A stretch of DNA of 64,000 nucleotides from Nitrososphaeraceae archaeon (GTDB lineage: Archaea > Thermoproteota > Nitrososphaeria > Nitrososphaerales > Nitrososphaeraceae). The stretch lies in NCBI GenBank assembly GCA_016782225.1, contig JADDOW010000046.1, positions 3,710-67,709 on the forward strand. The letters run 5' to 3'. A program made the translations under genes and the position numbers. The notes under the pieces are model-generated. The model did not search any database. It saw only the letters and a list, made by a program, of their open reading frames with translations, and was not told where the DNA came from. This document shows, piece by piece, positions 55,703 to 64,000 of the stretch. Position 1 is the stretch's first letter. Every line of letters begins with the position of its first letter.

Positions 55703-58561
55703 CTAATTAATAGTTATTTTGTTTATACGAGCTAAATTTGAATCAACGGGTTGATCCATTGCATTAGTTGATACATTGGCTATTTTATCAACTACATCCA
55801 TTCCTTCTGTCACTTTTCCAAAAACCGTGTATTGGTTATCTAAAAATTTCGAATCTTTCAATACAATAAAAAATTGTGAACCCGCACTGTTAGGGTCCAT
55901 AGTTCGGGCCATGGAAACTATTCCTCTTTCATGAGGGATATTGTTAAACTCTTGATTTATTGTGTATCCTGGTCCGCCCGTTCCCCATGCTTCTTTGTTA
56001 CTGTCATTTTTTGTATTCGGATCGCCTGCTTGGATGACAAAACCTTTAACTAGCCTATGGAAAGCTACTCCATCATAAAATCCCTTTTTAGCCAAATCCT
56101 GAAAATTTTTGACATGCTTGGGTGCTACATCTGGTAAAAATTGTATTTTGATTTGACCTTGTGATGTTTCAATATTTGCTGTATTGGTTGTATTATTTGT
56201 GGTCATGTTGTTATTATCTAATGTTGTGTTGTTGTTGTTGATAATATTAGATTTGTTATTTACCGCTATTTCGGATATTTTCCCAACAGAGGCTGCTGTT
56301 GCCGATGATGCTGTTGCCGATGCTGGTTCTATGCCACTACTGTTGTTGGACCCTATAAAGTTTGAGCTATTATTGATTTGATTATTGTTATCCGATGTAA
56401 AATCATTGTTTACTTTGTACAATAATACTCCAAAAAATAGCCCGGGATTATTGTTCTCAAAACTCTTTGAAGCATATTCTAATGTTAGGGGTTGTGAAGA
56501 ATTTCCTTTAGGGTATTTTATATCTTTAACATAGAATGGAATTGAGTTTGGTTGGTATTCAGGAGCTACCATTCCGTTAGTTGGATTGAAATATCCTATG
56601 GACCTGAATGGCATCATATGGCCCAAAAGAGAGTCCCAGTACTTTTGTTTTGGTGTTTCTCCGTTGGATTCTAGAAAATCGTTATTATCAAATCCGCCTA
56701 TTTTTATAAACCAGTGTTTTTTACTCTCGTCTCCTCCAGTTCCCAGAACAAAAATGGGACTGTTACTGTTGGGATCAAATGCTGGTAGTTTTTGCCCTAC
56801 TACATACACTAAAATATAATCAGCTTTTAAATTGTTGGCTATTTTCAATCCTTCCTCTTCTGGGCTCATAAACATTTTTGCAATTGATTCAATTCTTGTT
56901 TGGTTGATTGTTGCATTATCCGCTATTGATGTTCTGTTGCCCAGAGTGGTAATCCAATACCCATAATCCCACCATGATGCTATAACCGAATCCTTTGTTG
57001 TGTTTTTTGATATCCAGTCCAAACTATCTATCCAGTCGTTTGTTGTTAACCTGTAATTTGTACCCCCATTGGCAATAGATGTAGGCACATCTGCAGAACT
57101 TATCCAGTTTGTATTGCGGTCATACACCATTGGAATTGTAAGCATGATAATTAATATGGAGGAAAATCCTACATACGCAAAAAAGTGTTTTCTTGTTTTT
57201 ATTTTGTTTGTTATTGCGTGTTTGATATTGCTTTGGACTGATCCCGTGTTTTGTATTTCACTGTCTCTTCTAATTGATGTTATGCTTCTTACTATCTCAT
57301 AAATCCCTATGCTTGATAGAATTACCATGCCTATGGATGCAAATACTAATAACCTCGCAAAGGTTGCACTAATGTAGATTCCAGTCAAACCTATTATCAA
57401 TGCAAAAATCATTGTGGTGTTGCTTTTGTTTTTAAATGCAATCCATATTCCTAGGCCTGAAAAAAGTATTAAAACCGAAAACTGCCTGAAATAGTCTACT
57501 ATTGTAGGCATAGAATGCTCTGCAACAGATTCTACTAGCGCACTTTGCGCAGATAAAAATGGGTTTACAGCGTTAAGATATCTAAATGAGGGCGATTGGT
57601 AGAGACCACTTGAGATTATCGCAATCCCTATGACAACAATGATGCCAAAGACTATGGCCGTATTCCTAATTGCTCTTTTTTCAGAACTTTTTCTCTTTAC
57701 TATTGTTGACAGGAATAAGAATGCGGTACTTCCCATCAATAGCATCCCTTGCAGTCCAAAGACAAAAGATGTGCCCGGCCTTGGGAATGCTAATGCAACC
57801 AATAAAACTGATGCTGTAAATAGAACAGATACCAATAGGGGGTTTTTCAGATCTTTTGAAACAAATGCAAGTATGACTATAAAAATTGATATTGGGATAA
57901 CAAAATACTGAGCTCCACCCCATGATGCTCCTGCCAACCCTAGTAATACACCGCTAAATATTGCTTTGGGAATTAAAAATTTGTATTTCCTCTCTTTTAA
58001 TGCGGAAATAAATAAGTATGTTCCACCTAATCCATAAAAAATCCCTAATGGCTCTGACTTAAACCATCCTAGATTTCCTCTTTGAATTATGGCAGGACTT
58101 ACTGCAAAAAAAACTGATGCTATTAGCCCTGGGACATTTTTACCTGTTATGCATCGTACTAACAAGAACATCAATACTGTGGACCCAGACCCAACTATCA
58201 CCGGAAACCAAATGGTAAAATCCATCAATGATGAATTCATGCCAAAAATTTGGTAAAGGACTGCTGCAGTTATATGCAAACCCGACTGCGATGTTCCCGG
58301 TATGTCTCTACCCTCAGGATACCATGACATAAAATCATGCCATTTAAAATAAGCGTCTATTCCGTTATCAACAATATAGTTTGTCGCTCTGTAATCAAAA
58401 AATGGATCAAACTCGTTTAAATAAAATCCATATTTAATTGGATAAGCTCTTAAAACAAATGCAACTGAAAACGATAAACATATTATCGCAATTATCAATA
58501 AATACCTTGTTTTTACTCTGTGATTGTTTTTTTGAGGCTTTAAATACTCTTTTTCTGCCAT
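55703..58561 (-). CDS. aglB: AglB/STT3 oligosaccharyltransferase fused to a C-terminal cyclophilin-type peptidyl-prolyl isomerase
   Basis: 952 aa with ~13 N-terminal TM segments and WWDYGYWI (the STT3 WWDYG motif). An Asn/Thr/Ser-rich linker is followed by VAPKHVKNFQDLAKKGFYDGVAFHRLVKGFVIQAGDP...SMARTMDPNSAGSQFFIVL...YTVFGKV (cyclophilin). Confidence 0.9.
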   Translation of the reverse strand: MAEKEYLKPQKNNHRVKTRYLLIIAIICLSFSVAFVLRAYPIKYGFYLNEFDPFFDYRATNYIVDNGIDAYFKWHDFMSWYPEGRDIPGTSQSGLHITAAVLYQIFGMNSSLMDFTIWFPVIVGSGSTVLMFLLVRCITGKNVPGLIASVFFAVSPAIIQRGNLGWFKSEPLGIFYGLGGTYLFISALKERKYKFLIPKAIFSGVLLGLAGASWGGAQYFVIPISIFIVILAFVSKDLKNPLLVSVLFTASVLLVALAFPRPGTSFVFGLQGMLLMGSTAFLFLSTIVKRKSSEKRAIRNTAIVFGIIVVIGIAIISSGLYQSPSFRYLNAVNPFLSAQSALVESVAEHSMPTIVDYFRQFSVLILFSGLGIWIAFKNKSNTTMIFALIIGLTGIYISATFARLLVFASIGMVILSSIGIYEIVRSITSIRRDSEIQNTGSVQSNIKHAITNKIKTRKHFFAYVGFSSILIIMLTIPMVYDRNTNWISSADVPTSIANGGTNYRLTTNDWIDSLDWISKNTTKDSVIASWWDYGYWITTLGNRTSIADNATINQTRIESIAKMFMSPEEEGLKIANNLKADYILVYVVGQKLPAFDPNSNSPIFVLGTGGDESKKHWFIKIGGFDNNDFLESNGETPKQKYWDSLLGHMMPFRSIGYFNPTNGMVAPEYQPNSIPFYVKDIKYPKGNSSQPLTLEYASKSFENNNPGLFFGVLLYKVNNDFTSDNNNQINNSSNFIGSNNSSGIEPASATASSATAASVGKISEIAVNNKSNIINNNNTTLDNNNMTTNNTTNTANIETSQGQIKIQFLPDVAPKHVKNFQDLAKKGFYDGVAFHRLVKGFVIQAGDPNTKNDSNKEAWGTGGPGYTINQEFNNIPHERGIVSMARTMDPNSAGSQFFIVLKDSKFLDNQYTVFGKVTEGMDVVDKIANVSTNAMDQPVDSNLARINKITIN

Positions 58562-58647
58562 TGTCTATTTACACTTTTCCTATTTTTTTCTAAAACTTTC
58601 TTATTTAATATTTCTTTACTATTCCTTTATGATTTTCCATCTCCATT

Positions 58648-59307
58648 TTACTCCACCTTTAGTATTTCGGTTTTGCAAACATTTACCTTGTTACAAAATG
58701 TTTCTGCATCACCGATAGAACCAACAATTGAATTATAATGCATTGGTATTGCAATCCTTTTTGGCTTGATTAATTCGTTTACCGCCTTAGCTGCTTCTTC
58801 GGCATTCATAACGTATGTTCCTGATACCGGGACAAATGCTATATCTGGATCAATGCCTTCCATTTCAGGAATTATATCTGTATCACCGGTGTGGTATATT
58901 TTTAGATTATTTATGTTTATTATAAAACCAATTTTATTGTCTCCCTTGGGATGAAAGCTTTTGTTTGTGTTATATGCACTTACGGCCTCTATTTTTATAT
59001 CTCCAATTACTGATTTTTCTTTAGGATTGAGGGTTACAATCTCGTTTTTGTTGTATTTCTTGTTTAAAGGCTGAACACATTCATAAGAGCAAATTATTTT
59101 TGTATTGCTATTTATTAAATTGTCTATGTCCTCAATACTTAAATGATCAAAATGATTATGTGTGATAAAAATTAAGTCTGCATCTTTTTTATTGTTGTGT
59201 TTTTGAGATAATTTGTATGGGTCGATATAAATTACCTTGTTACTAGTTCTTAGCCTGTAGCCGTCATGTCCAATCCACTGTATATCTATTCCGTCAATCT
59301 CTAACAT
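58648..59307 (-). CDS. metallo-beta-lactamase-fold hydrolase
   Basis: IFITHNHFDHL and YHTGDTD. The start is taken at the internal MLEIDGIDIQWIGHDGY because the longer track ORF overlaps the PIN gene. Confidence 0.7.
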   Translation of the reverse strand: MLEIDGIDIQWIGHDGYRLRTSNKVIYIDPYKLSQKHNNKKDADLIFITHNHFDHLSIEDIDNLINSNTKIICSYECVQPLNKKYNKNEIVTLNPKEKSVIGDIKIEAVSAYNTNKSFHPKGDNKIGFIININNLKIYHTGDTDIIPEMEGIDPDIAFVPVSGTYVMNAEEAAKAVNELIKPKRIAIPMHYNSIVGSIGDAETFCNKVNVCKTEILKVE

Positions 59308-59332
59308 ATAGAAAAAAGATATCGGGGATAAT

Positions 59333-59761
59333 TTAAATTTGATTAGGTCTGATATTTGAATGCACAAAAATTACTTTATTGTTTTTTAAAGTAATGACAT
59401 CTGCGCCTCTCCCTAATGCCCGTTTCATTAGAATTTTATCTATTGTTGCTAATGGGCATTTATTTTGTAATGATAACGCTAACAAATGCGAATCTACCGT
59501 ATAAAGCGGACTGCTGTCTTCCTTATCTTCTATATATTTAAAATTTTTACTCTCGATTTCTTTATTTATGACTTCTAAAGCTAAATTTGCTATCTTTGAT
59601 CTTTTTATTTTCCCAGAATACTTTATTTGTGTTAGTTCCTTGATTACTCTTGGATGTATCAAAAATATGGTTTTCCCGAATTTTGAGTCTAGGTATTCTA
59701 TATTCTTAACTGGTTCGTAACATAAAACCATTAAAAAACTTGTGTCACAAATAATCTCCAT
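59333..59761 (-). CDS. PIN-domain protein (Fcf1-like), downstream of aIF-2 gamma
   Basis: 142 aa. The N-terminal IICDTSFLMVL is the first acidic PIN motif. Position after eif2g matches a gene order I recall as conserved in archaea. Confidence 0.65.
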   Translation of the reverse strand: MEIICDTSFLMVLCYEPVKNIEYLDSKFGKTIFLIHPRVIKELTQIKYSGKIKRSKIANLALEVINKEIESKNFKYIEDKEDSSPLYTVDSHLLALSLQNKCPLATIDKILMKRALGRGADVITLKNNKVIFVHSNIRPNQI

Positions 59762-59767
59762 TTTAAT

Positions 59768-61054
59768 CTATGTAGTTATACCGGCACCAATTAATCTCCA
59801 TCTGTCAGCTATCCTTCTGCTTATTGCTACTTTGCTTTTTGACATCAGGCAAACAGGTTTTTTTACCTTTATTTCGATTCTCTGATTTTTTGAGCTTGTA
59901 ACAGTCCCTGTTGTTACCGCTGTTCCAATATTTAACCTAAGGTTTTCTTTATTTTTTATTGGATCCACCTTTACCATATCCTGCGTTCCTACGGCTGTAT
60001 CAAATAAATTGATGTCAATTGTTATTTCATCAACTGTATCCGGCAGTGAATTCGGTTTTCCAATAACTGAACCTATTAGAGAATCACTTTTTATAAATGA
60101 CGGGTCTAATCTTGAACCAATTGCGACTAAACCCCCTGGTTTTACTTTGTCTACTATACCGGCACCAGTAGCTAATGATGCAATTTCAGTAAAAATGGGC
60201 TCATACTTATTCTTTTTATCATTGTAAATTCCGGGTAGAATTTCTATTTCACTGCCTGTCTCAAATTCCCCCTGGATTAATGCTCCTCCAAGCGCTCCGC
60301 CTTTGATGTTTTTAATTGGTGTACCTGGTTTATTGATATCAAAGGATCTTAAAATGTGCATTATTCCGGTATCATTATTGATCCTTTCTGGCGTAGGTAT
60401 GAATTTTTCAATATTTTCGATCAACACATCGATATTTATTTTGTGTTGGGCTGAGATTGGTATTATGGGGGCATTCTCTGCAACACTTCCACTTACAAAT
60501 TCTTTGATTTGGTTGTAATTCTCTATTGCATTTTCTTTTTCTGTTAGATCTACTTTGTTTTGAACTATTACAATATTTTTTATTCCCAATACTTGTAAAG
60601 CTAAAAGGTGTTCTCTAGTTTGGGGTTGAGGAACTTTTTCATTTGCTGCAATAACCAATATGGAACCATCCATCAAAGCACCCCCCGAAAGCATGTTGGC
60701 CATTAAACTTTCGTGCCCGGGAGAATCTACAAAGCTAACTACTCTTGATAACTGTGCATCGGAATTGCATAATTTACAAGTAGGTTGGACTGAGTAGTTA
60801 GAGGGTGGTTCGCAATTTGGACATTTGTAAAATGCCGCGTCTGCATACCCCACTTTAATGGTAATTCCCCTCCTCAGTTCCTCGCTATGACCGCTTGTCC
60901 ATATTCCTGTAATAGCTTCTATTAGAGTAGTTTTACCGTGATCAACATGTCCTGATGTGCCTATGTTTATACATGGCTGAAACCCATATTTTTGAATATA
61001 CCACTCAGGTAAAGTATCCTTCCAGTGCAATGTTGTTTGTATTTTTTCTTTCAA
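59768..61054 (-). CDS. eif2g: translation initiation factor aIF-2 gamma subunit
   Basis: NIGTSGHVDHGKTTLIEAITG, the zinc knuckle CPNCEPP...CKLC, DSPGHE, and VQNKVDL. Confidence 0.95.
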   Translation of the reverse strand: MKEKIQTTLHWKDTLPEWYIQKYGFQPCINIGTSGHVDHGKTTLIEAITGIWTSGHSEELRRGITIKVGYADAAFYKCPNCEPPSNYSVQPTCKLCNSDAQLSRVVSFVDSPGHESLMANMLSGGALMDGSILVIAANEKVPQPQTREHLLALQVLGIKNIVIVQNKVDLTEKENAIENYNQIKEFVSGSVAENAPIIPISAQHKINIDVLIENIEKFIPTPERINNDTGIMHILRSFDINKPGTPIKNIKGGALGGALIQGEFETGSEIEILPGIYNDKKNKYEPIFTEIASLATGAGIVDKVKPGGLVAIGSRLDPSFIKSDSLIGSVIGKPNSLPDTVDEITIDINLFDTAVGTQDMVKVDPIKNKENLRLNIGTAVTTGTVTSSKNQRIEIKVKKPVCLMSKSKVAISRRIADRWRLIGAGITT

Positions 61055-61155
61055 ATATTAATTTACTTGAAACTGAATTTCCTATCTAGTGAGGTATCGA
61101 TATAGGTATAGATATAAAAATGAGATTAAAGTTTACTATTGATTTTTTACTGGTG

Positions 61156-61557
61156 TTATTTGTCTACCTGAATAGTTTCGGCCTTCTCTTTTTCGGGTAG
61201 TTTTGAATCGATTAGTTGACAATTTAGCTGATAGATTTCCTCTGTAATCAGATTTCCTCTAACTAACTTTCTTTTTCTTTCACCTGGACCCATGTTTCGT
61301 AATCCGACGCCACTAGTCATGAGAATATATTTTTTTGTTCCTCCATGGAGATCTGACCGCATTGGAGTACCTGATTTATCACTGCCGCCTGTTATCTTTA
61401 TTTTTCCTTCATTAAATCCAAAAACTGAAGAGTCTATGCTGTCGCCTATTTTAGAACCCAATAAGGGTTGTGCACTTTTATCTTTAATCTCTTGACTAAT
61501 ACTACTACCGTAAGAATCTGAAATAACTACTTTAAACTCTACCAAACTCCTGTACAA
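61156..61557 (-). CDS. rps6e: 30S ribosomal protein S6e
   Basis: FKVVISDSYGSS...LLGSKIGDSID...KITGGSDKSGTPMRSDLHGGTKKYILM...GERKRKLVRGN. TTG start at 61557 or 61545. Confidence 0.9.
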   Translation of the reverse strand: MYRSLVEFKVVISDSYGSSISQEIKDKSAQPLLGSKIGDSIDSSVFGFNEGKIKITGGSDKSGTPMRSDLHGGTKKYILMTSGVGLRNMGPGERKRKLVRGNLITEEIYQLNCQLIDSKLPEKEKAETIQVDK

Positions 61558-61761
61558 TGAATTTTTAGCCTTAATTAATCTTGCTAAAGTATTTGGTTTT
61601 GCTGCTTATGTACAACATGAAGAACAAAAAGTAAATGCTTCATGATCTAATTTGATATGGTGTATATTGAGTATATTGTTAACCTATACTAGCCATGGAA
61701 TTAACATAATATACATACATACATACTTATAGAAGGTTTTTTTGGTGTTAGACTAAAAAAT

Positions 61762-61941
61762 TTAGAATCCTGATTTTTCCCAATTCTCTTGAACATTGTC
61801 TGCCATGTTTAATGCCTTCTCCCTCATTTTCTCTATGTATTCATCATAATCAATTTCTATGTTACACTTTTTACAAATTATTTTACTATTTTCAATATCA
61901 TAGTTTGCTTTATCGTTGCAATTAGTACATCTTGCATCCAT
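61762..61941 (-). CDS. 59-aa zinc-ribbon protein
   Basis: Own translation: MDARCTNCNDKANYDIENSKIICKKCNIEIDYDEYIEKMREKALNMADNVQENWEKSGF*. It is one residue below the ORF-track cut-off. It has two CxxC pairs. Confidence 0.5.
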   Translation of the reverse strand: MDARCTNCNDKANYDIENSKIICKKCNIEIDYDEYIEKMREKALNMADNVQENWEKSGF

Positions 61942-61991
61942 AATAACTAATAACGTACCTTTTATTTTTTCATTTTCCTGATAAGTTTTTA

Positions 61992-62578
61992 GGTTCTATA
62001 CGATCATTCTGTGTTAATTTTGGATGTTCAGGAATGGGTGGTAAAATACCATAATATAATTATTTGATTATTTGTTTCTATATTCATGTATAGTTAAACC
62101 AAAGTGGCAGTAGAAAGTGACCCTTTACCAAATATTTTATTATTCACCTATCATAAACTTAAACATCGTTATGATTCAACTTTACTTTTGCAACAAAACA
62201 AAGGTAGCAAACTTTCAATTAGATTACGTTGTACATGATGTTATCAAATCATATGACATTTAAATAAGAATCAGCGGTAGATTATATTGAGGAACATTAT
62301 TTAACATTTGGCAGCCCAAGGACTACATACTTTCTCCTATAGAAATGCAACACCTTTGTAGTACCATGAACTCATATATATTTAGTTTTAGTTGGAATGG
62401 CGTTTCGAATCGGCGTAGTTTTTCCGGTATGTTTTTCCCGCAAACCCATTTTGAATATAAAAAAACATATCAGCTGAAAAACCCAAACAACTGATTTAAA
62501 CTACAGATGGTTTCAGCAGAACCATATATGGCACAATCTTGCCACCCAAAAAATAACTTCCGAAGAGTGAACATAATC
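61992..62578 (-). mobile_element. MITE-like non-autonomous element, copy 2 (inverted relative to copy 1)
   Basis: 62093-62578 aligns by eye to the reverse complement of 12370-12834. The far end (GGTTCTATACGATC...GGGTGGTA at 61992) matches the other terminus of copy 1. Flanks are AGTTTTTA / GATTTTTA. Confidence 0.55.
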
Positions 62579-62965
62579 GATTTTTATTATATGAGAATCC
62601 ATATATGAAAAGTAATGATGAATTTTTCATCAAATGCATAATTTTGTTTCTTCAAAACCAATTAGCCTTTTTTGGATATGTGTAATTGGATGATTTCCAA
62701 TTAATCTTATTTAACGTTGTGAATTTAAAAGATGACTTGATACATCATTATACTAAGAGAAAAAAATGAAAATTCAATTATGTTGAACTGTATATGGGAG
62801 AAAACTACTCTACTTATAGTTGCAGTATCGTTTAACTTTGGATTTTGACTTTTTTTTGTAACTGTAATTAAAAACGATGTATATCGCCATTATGCCTAAA
62901 ATAATGCCATAGGGGATAAGGATTTAATTTCGATTTCTATGCAAAAAGAAAAAGAAATTTAGGAA

Positions 62966-63169
62966 TTGTATGGAAAACCAAAAATATATGTGAACTTATT
63001 TTTTAAATATTTGAAAATAAAAGACTTGATGGATGGTTGCATTGTAGGTACAGGCACTGATTATGTCGTAATACAAAAAGAAAGAAAACGCTATCTGGTA
63101 GAAATAATGCCTAATACTATCAAAGAATTAAAAAATGCGTCAACACCGTATGGCTCACAAATCGATTGA
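62966..63169 (+). CDS. hypothetical small protein
   Basis: 67-aa ORF (TTG start in the track) with no motif, in a low-complexity intergenic context. Confidence 0.25.
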   Translation: MYGKPKIYVNLFFKYLKIKDLMDGCIVGTGTDYVVIQKERKRYLVEIMPNTIKELKNASTPYGSQID

Positions 63170-63237
63170 TTATTTGTAAATTTCCATTTATATGTAACAT
63201 TGATAAAAAACGAATAAATCAAATAAGATGTTTATAT

Positions 63238-64000
63238 ATGTATTTGAAATCTCCTAATCCTGCCACATCAGTTTTGAAACAAGACGAGCAAAAACCTCCT
63301 AATAATCCGCAACAATCCGTGAAAATGGATAAACATAAAATTATCTATAACAAAAAGGCAGAATCTGAATTTTTTGTTGATAATTCGGCTTTAGCTGGTT
63401 TCACTGGGGAGCGTATATTATACATGGCAGTGAGGGAGTTGATAGAGAATGCTTTAGATTCCTGTGAACTATTTTCGATTTTACCCTCAATTAAAATCTC
63501 GCTAAAAACATTTGATCAATCCAATGATCTTTGGATATTGGACTGTGAAGATAATGGCACAGGTATATCATCAGATAAATTACCTGTTGCCGTTTGTTCG
63601 TTCTTAACATCTGCAAAATACATGGAAAAACAACAGCGGGGGCTTTTTGGGGTTGGATTGAAAATGGTTGCGGCATTCTCTACCAAGGATACCGATTTTC
63701 CAATTAAGGTGTGGAGTAAATCGATGGAAGAGGCAGGTGAATATTACTTTGAGCTGAGAACTGACATTGGAACTAATAAACCAATAGTTCTATTGAAAAA
63801 ACAAGTAAATAAATCCGAGTCTCATATTGATGGGCCCTCTGGTTTTAGAATACGGGTTGTCCTGAGGGCGAGACTTGTGCCAATCACCAAAAACAAGATT
63901 TATGATTATGTTACTCAAACAAGTATCGTAAATCCATATGCTTTTATAACTTTTGAAACAGATGATGGAATGTTTTCCTTTGATAGGCGAACTTCAATAA
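63238..64000 (+). CDS. top6B: DNA topoisomerase VI subunit B, N-terminal part (runs off the window end)
   Basis: Own translation: ...KAESEFFVDNSALAGFTGERILYMAVRELIENALDS (Bergerat N box), LDCEDNGTGI (G1 box), GLFGVGLKMVAAFS (G2). ATG 63325 is an alternative start. Confidence 0.85.
   Translation, partial: MYLKSPNPATSVLKQDEQKPPNNPQQSVKMDKHKIIYNKKAESEFFVDNSALAGFTGERILYMAVRELIENALDSCELFSILPSIKISLKTFDQSNDLWILDCEDNGTGISSDKLPVAVCSFLTSAKYMEKQQRGLFGVGLKMVAAFSTKDTDFPIKVWSKSMEEAGEYYFELRTDIGTNKPIVLLKKQVNKSESHIDGPSGFRIRVVLRARLVPITKNKIYDYVTQTSIVNPYAFITFETDDGMFSFDRRTSI

Noticed and set aside
59308-59367. N-terminal extension of the MBL-fold ORF
   Set aside because: It overlaps the PIN gene 3' end. The internal Met at 59307 precedes the conserved beta-lactamase-fold start.
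1-64000. tRNA, rRNA or other structured RNA genes
   Set aside because: I found no G+C-rich cloverleaf-like or rRNA-like segment when reading the intergenic regions. Small C/D-box or other sRNAs cannot be excluded without a covariance-model search.

Overview
AT-rich (about one-third G+C by eye) archaeal chromosomal window. All calls come from reading the sequence and the ORF track by eye, with no searches run; small-feature coordinates may be off by a few bp. Archaeal markers are aIF-2 gamma, ribosomal protein S6e, a thermosome, A-type ATP synthase E/A/B/D/K, AglB, Top6B, deoxyhypusine synthase and RNase Z. With an Amt ammonium transporter, a NirK-type copper oxidase, cupredoxin fusions and cobalamin methyltransferases, this suggests an ammonia-oxidising thaumarchaeon (Nitrososphaeria). 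The long intergenic regions suggest a soil lineage, but that is inference only. I support about 60 protein-coding genes and found no rRNA, tRNA or CRISPR array. Mobile DNA comprises one near-intact 672-bp IS6-like element, a decayed inverted copy inside the ATP synthase cluster, and two MITE-like elements with similar termini in inverted orientation at 12.4 and 62 kb. Several ORFs are broken: three single in-frame stops and three apparent frameshifts, including a PII-like gene. Most interesting: (1) an AglB oligosaccharyltransferase fused to a cyclophilin; (2) a MurI-like protein with both catalytic Cys replaced by Ser, next to a lone HyuA-like ATPase; (3) TTAGG-N4-CCTAA palindromes linking a DtxR-family regulator locus to an FTR1 iron permease with a repeat-built ectodomain; (4) a sugar-dehydrogenase beta-propeller fused to a type-1 copper domain; (5) two divergent deoxyhypusine-synthase paralogues separated by a triplicated 26-bp start-codon unit; (6) an SSS transporter paired with an arginase-family hydrolase. 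No single clearly novel multi-gene system was identified; these are leads.
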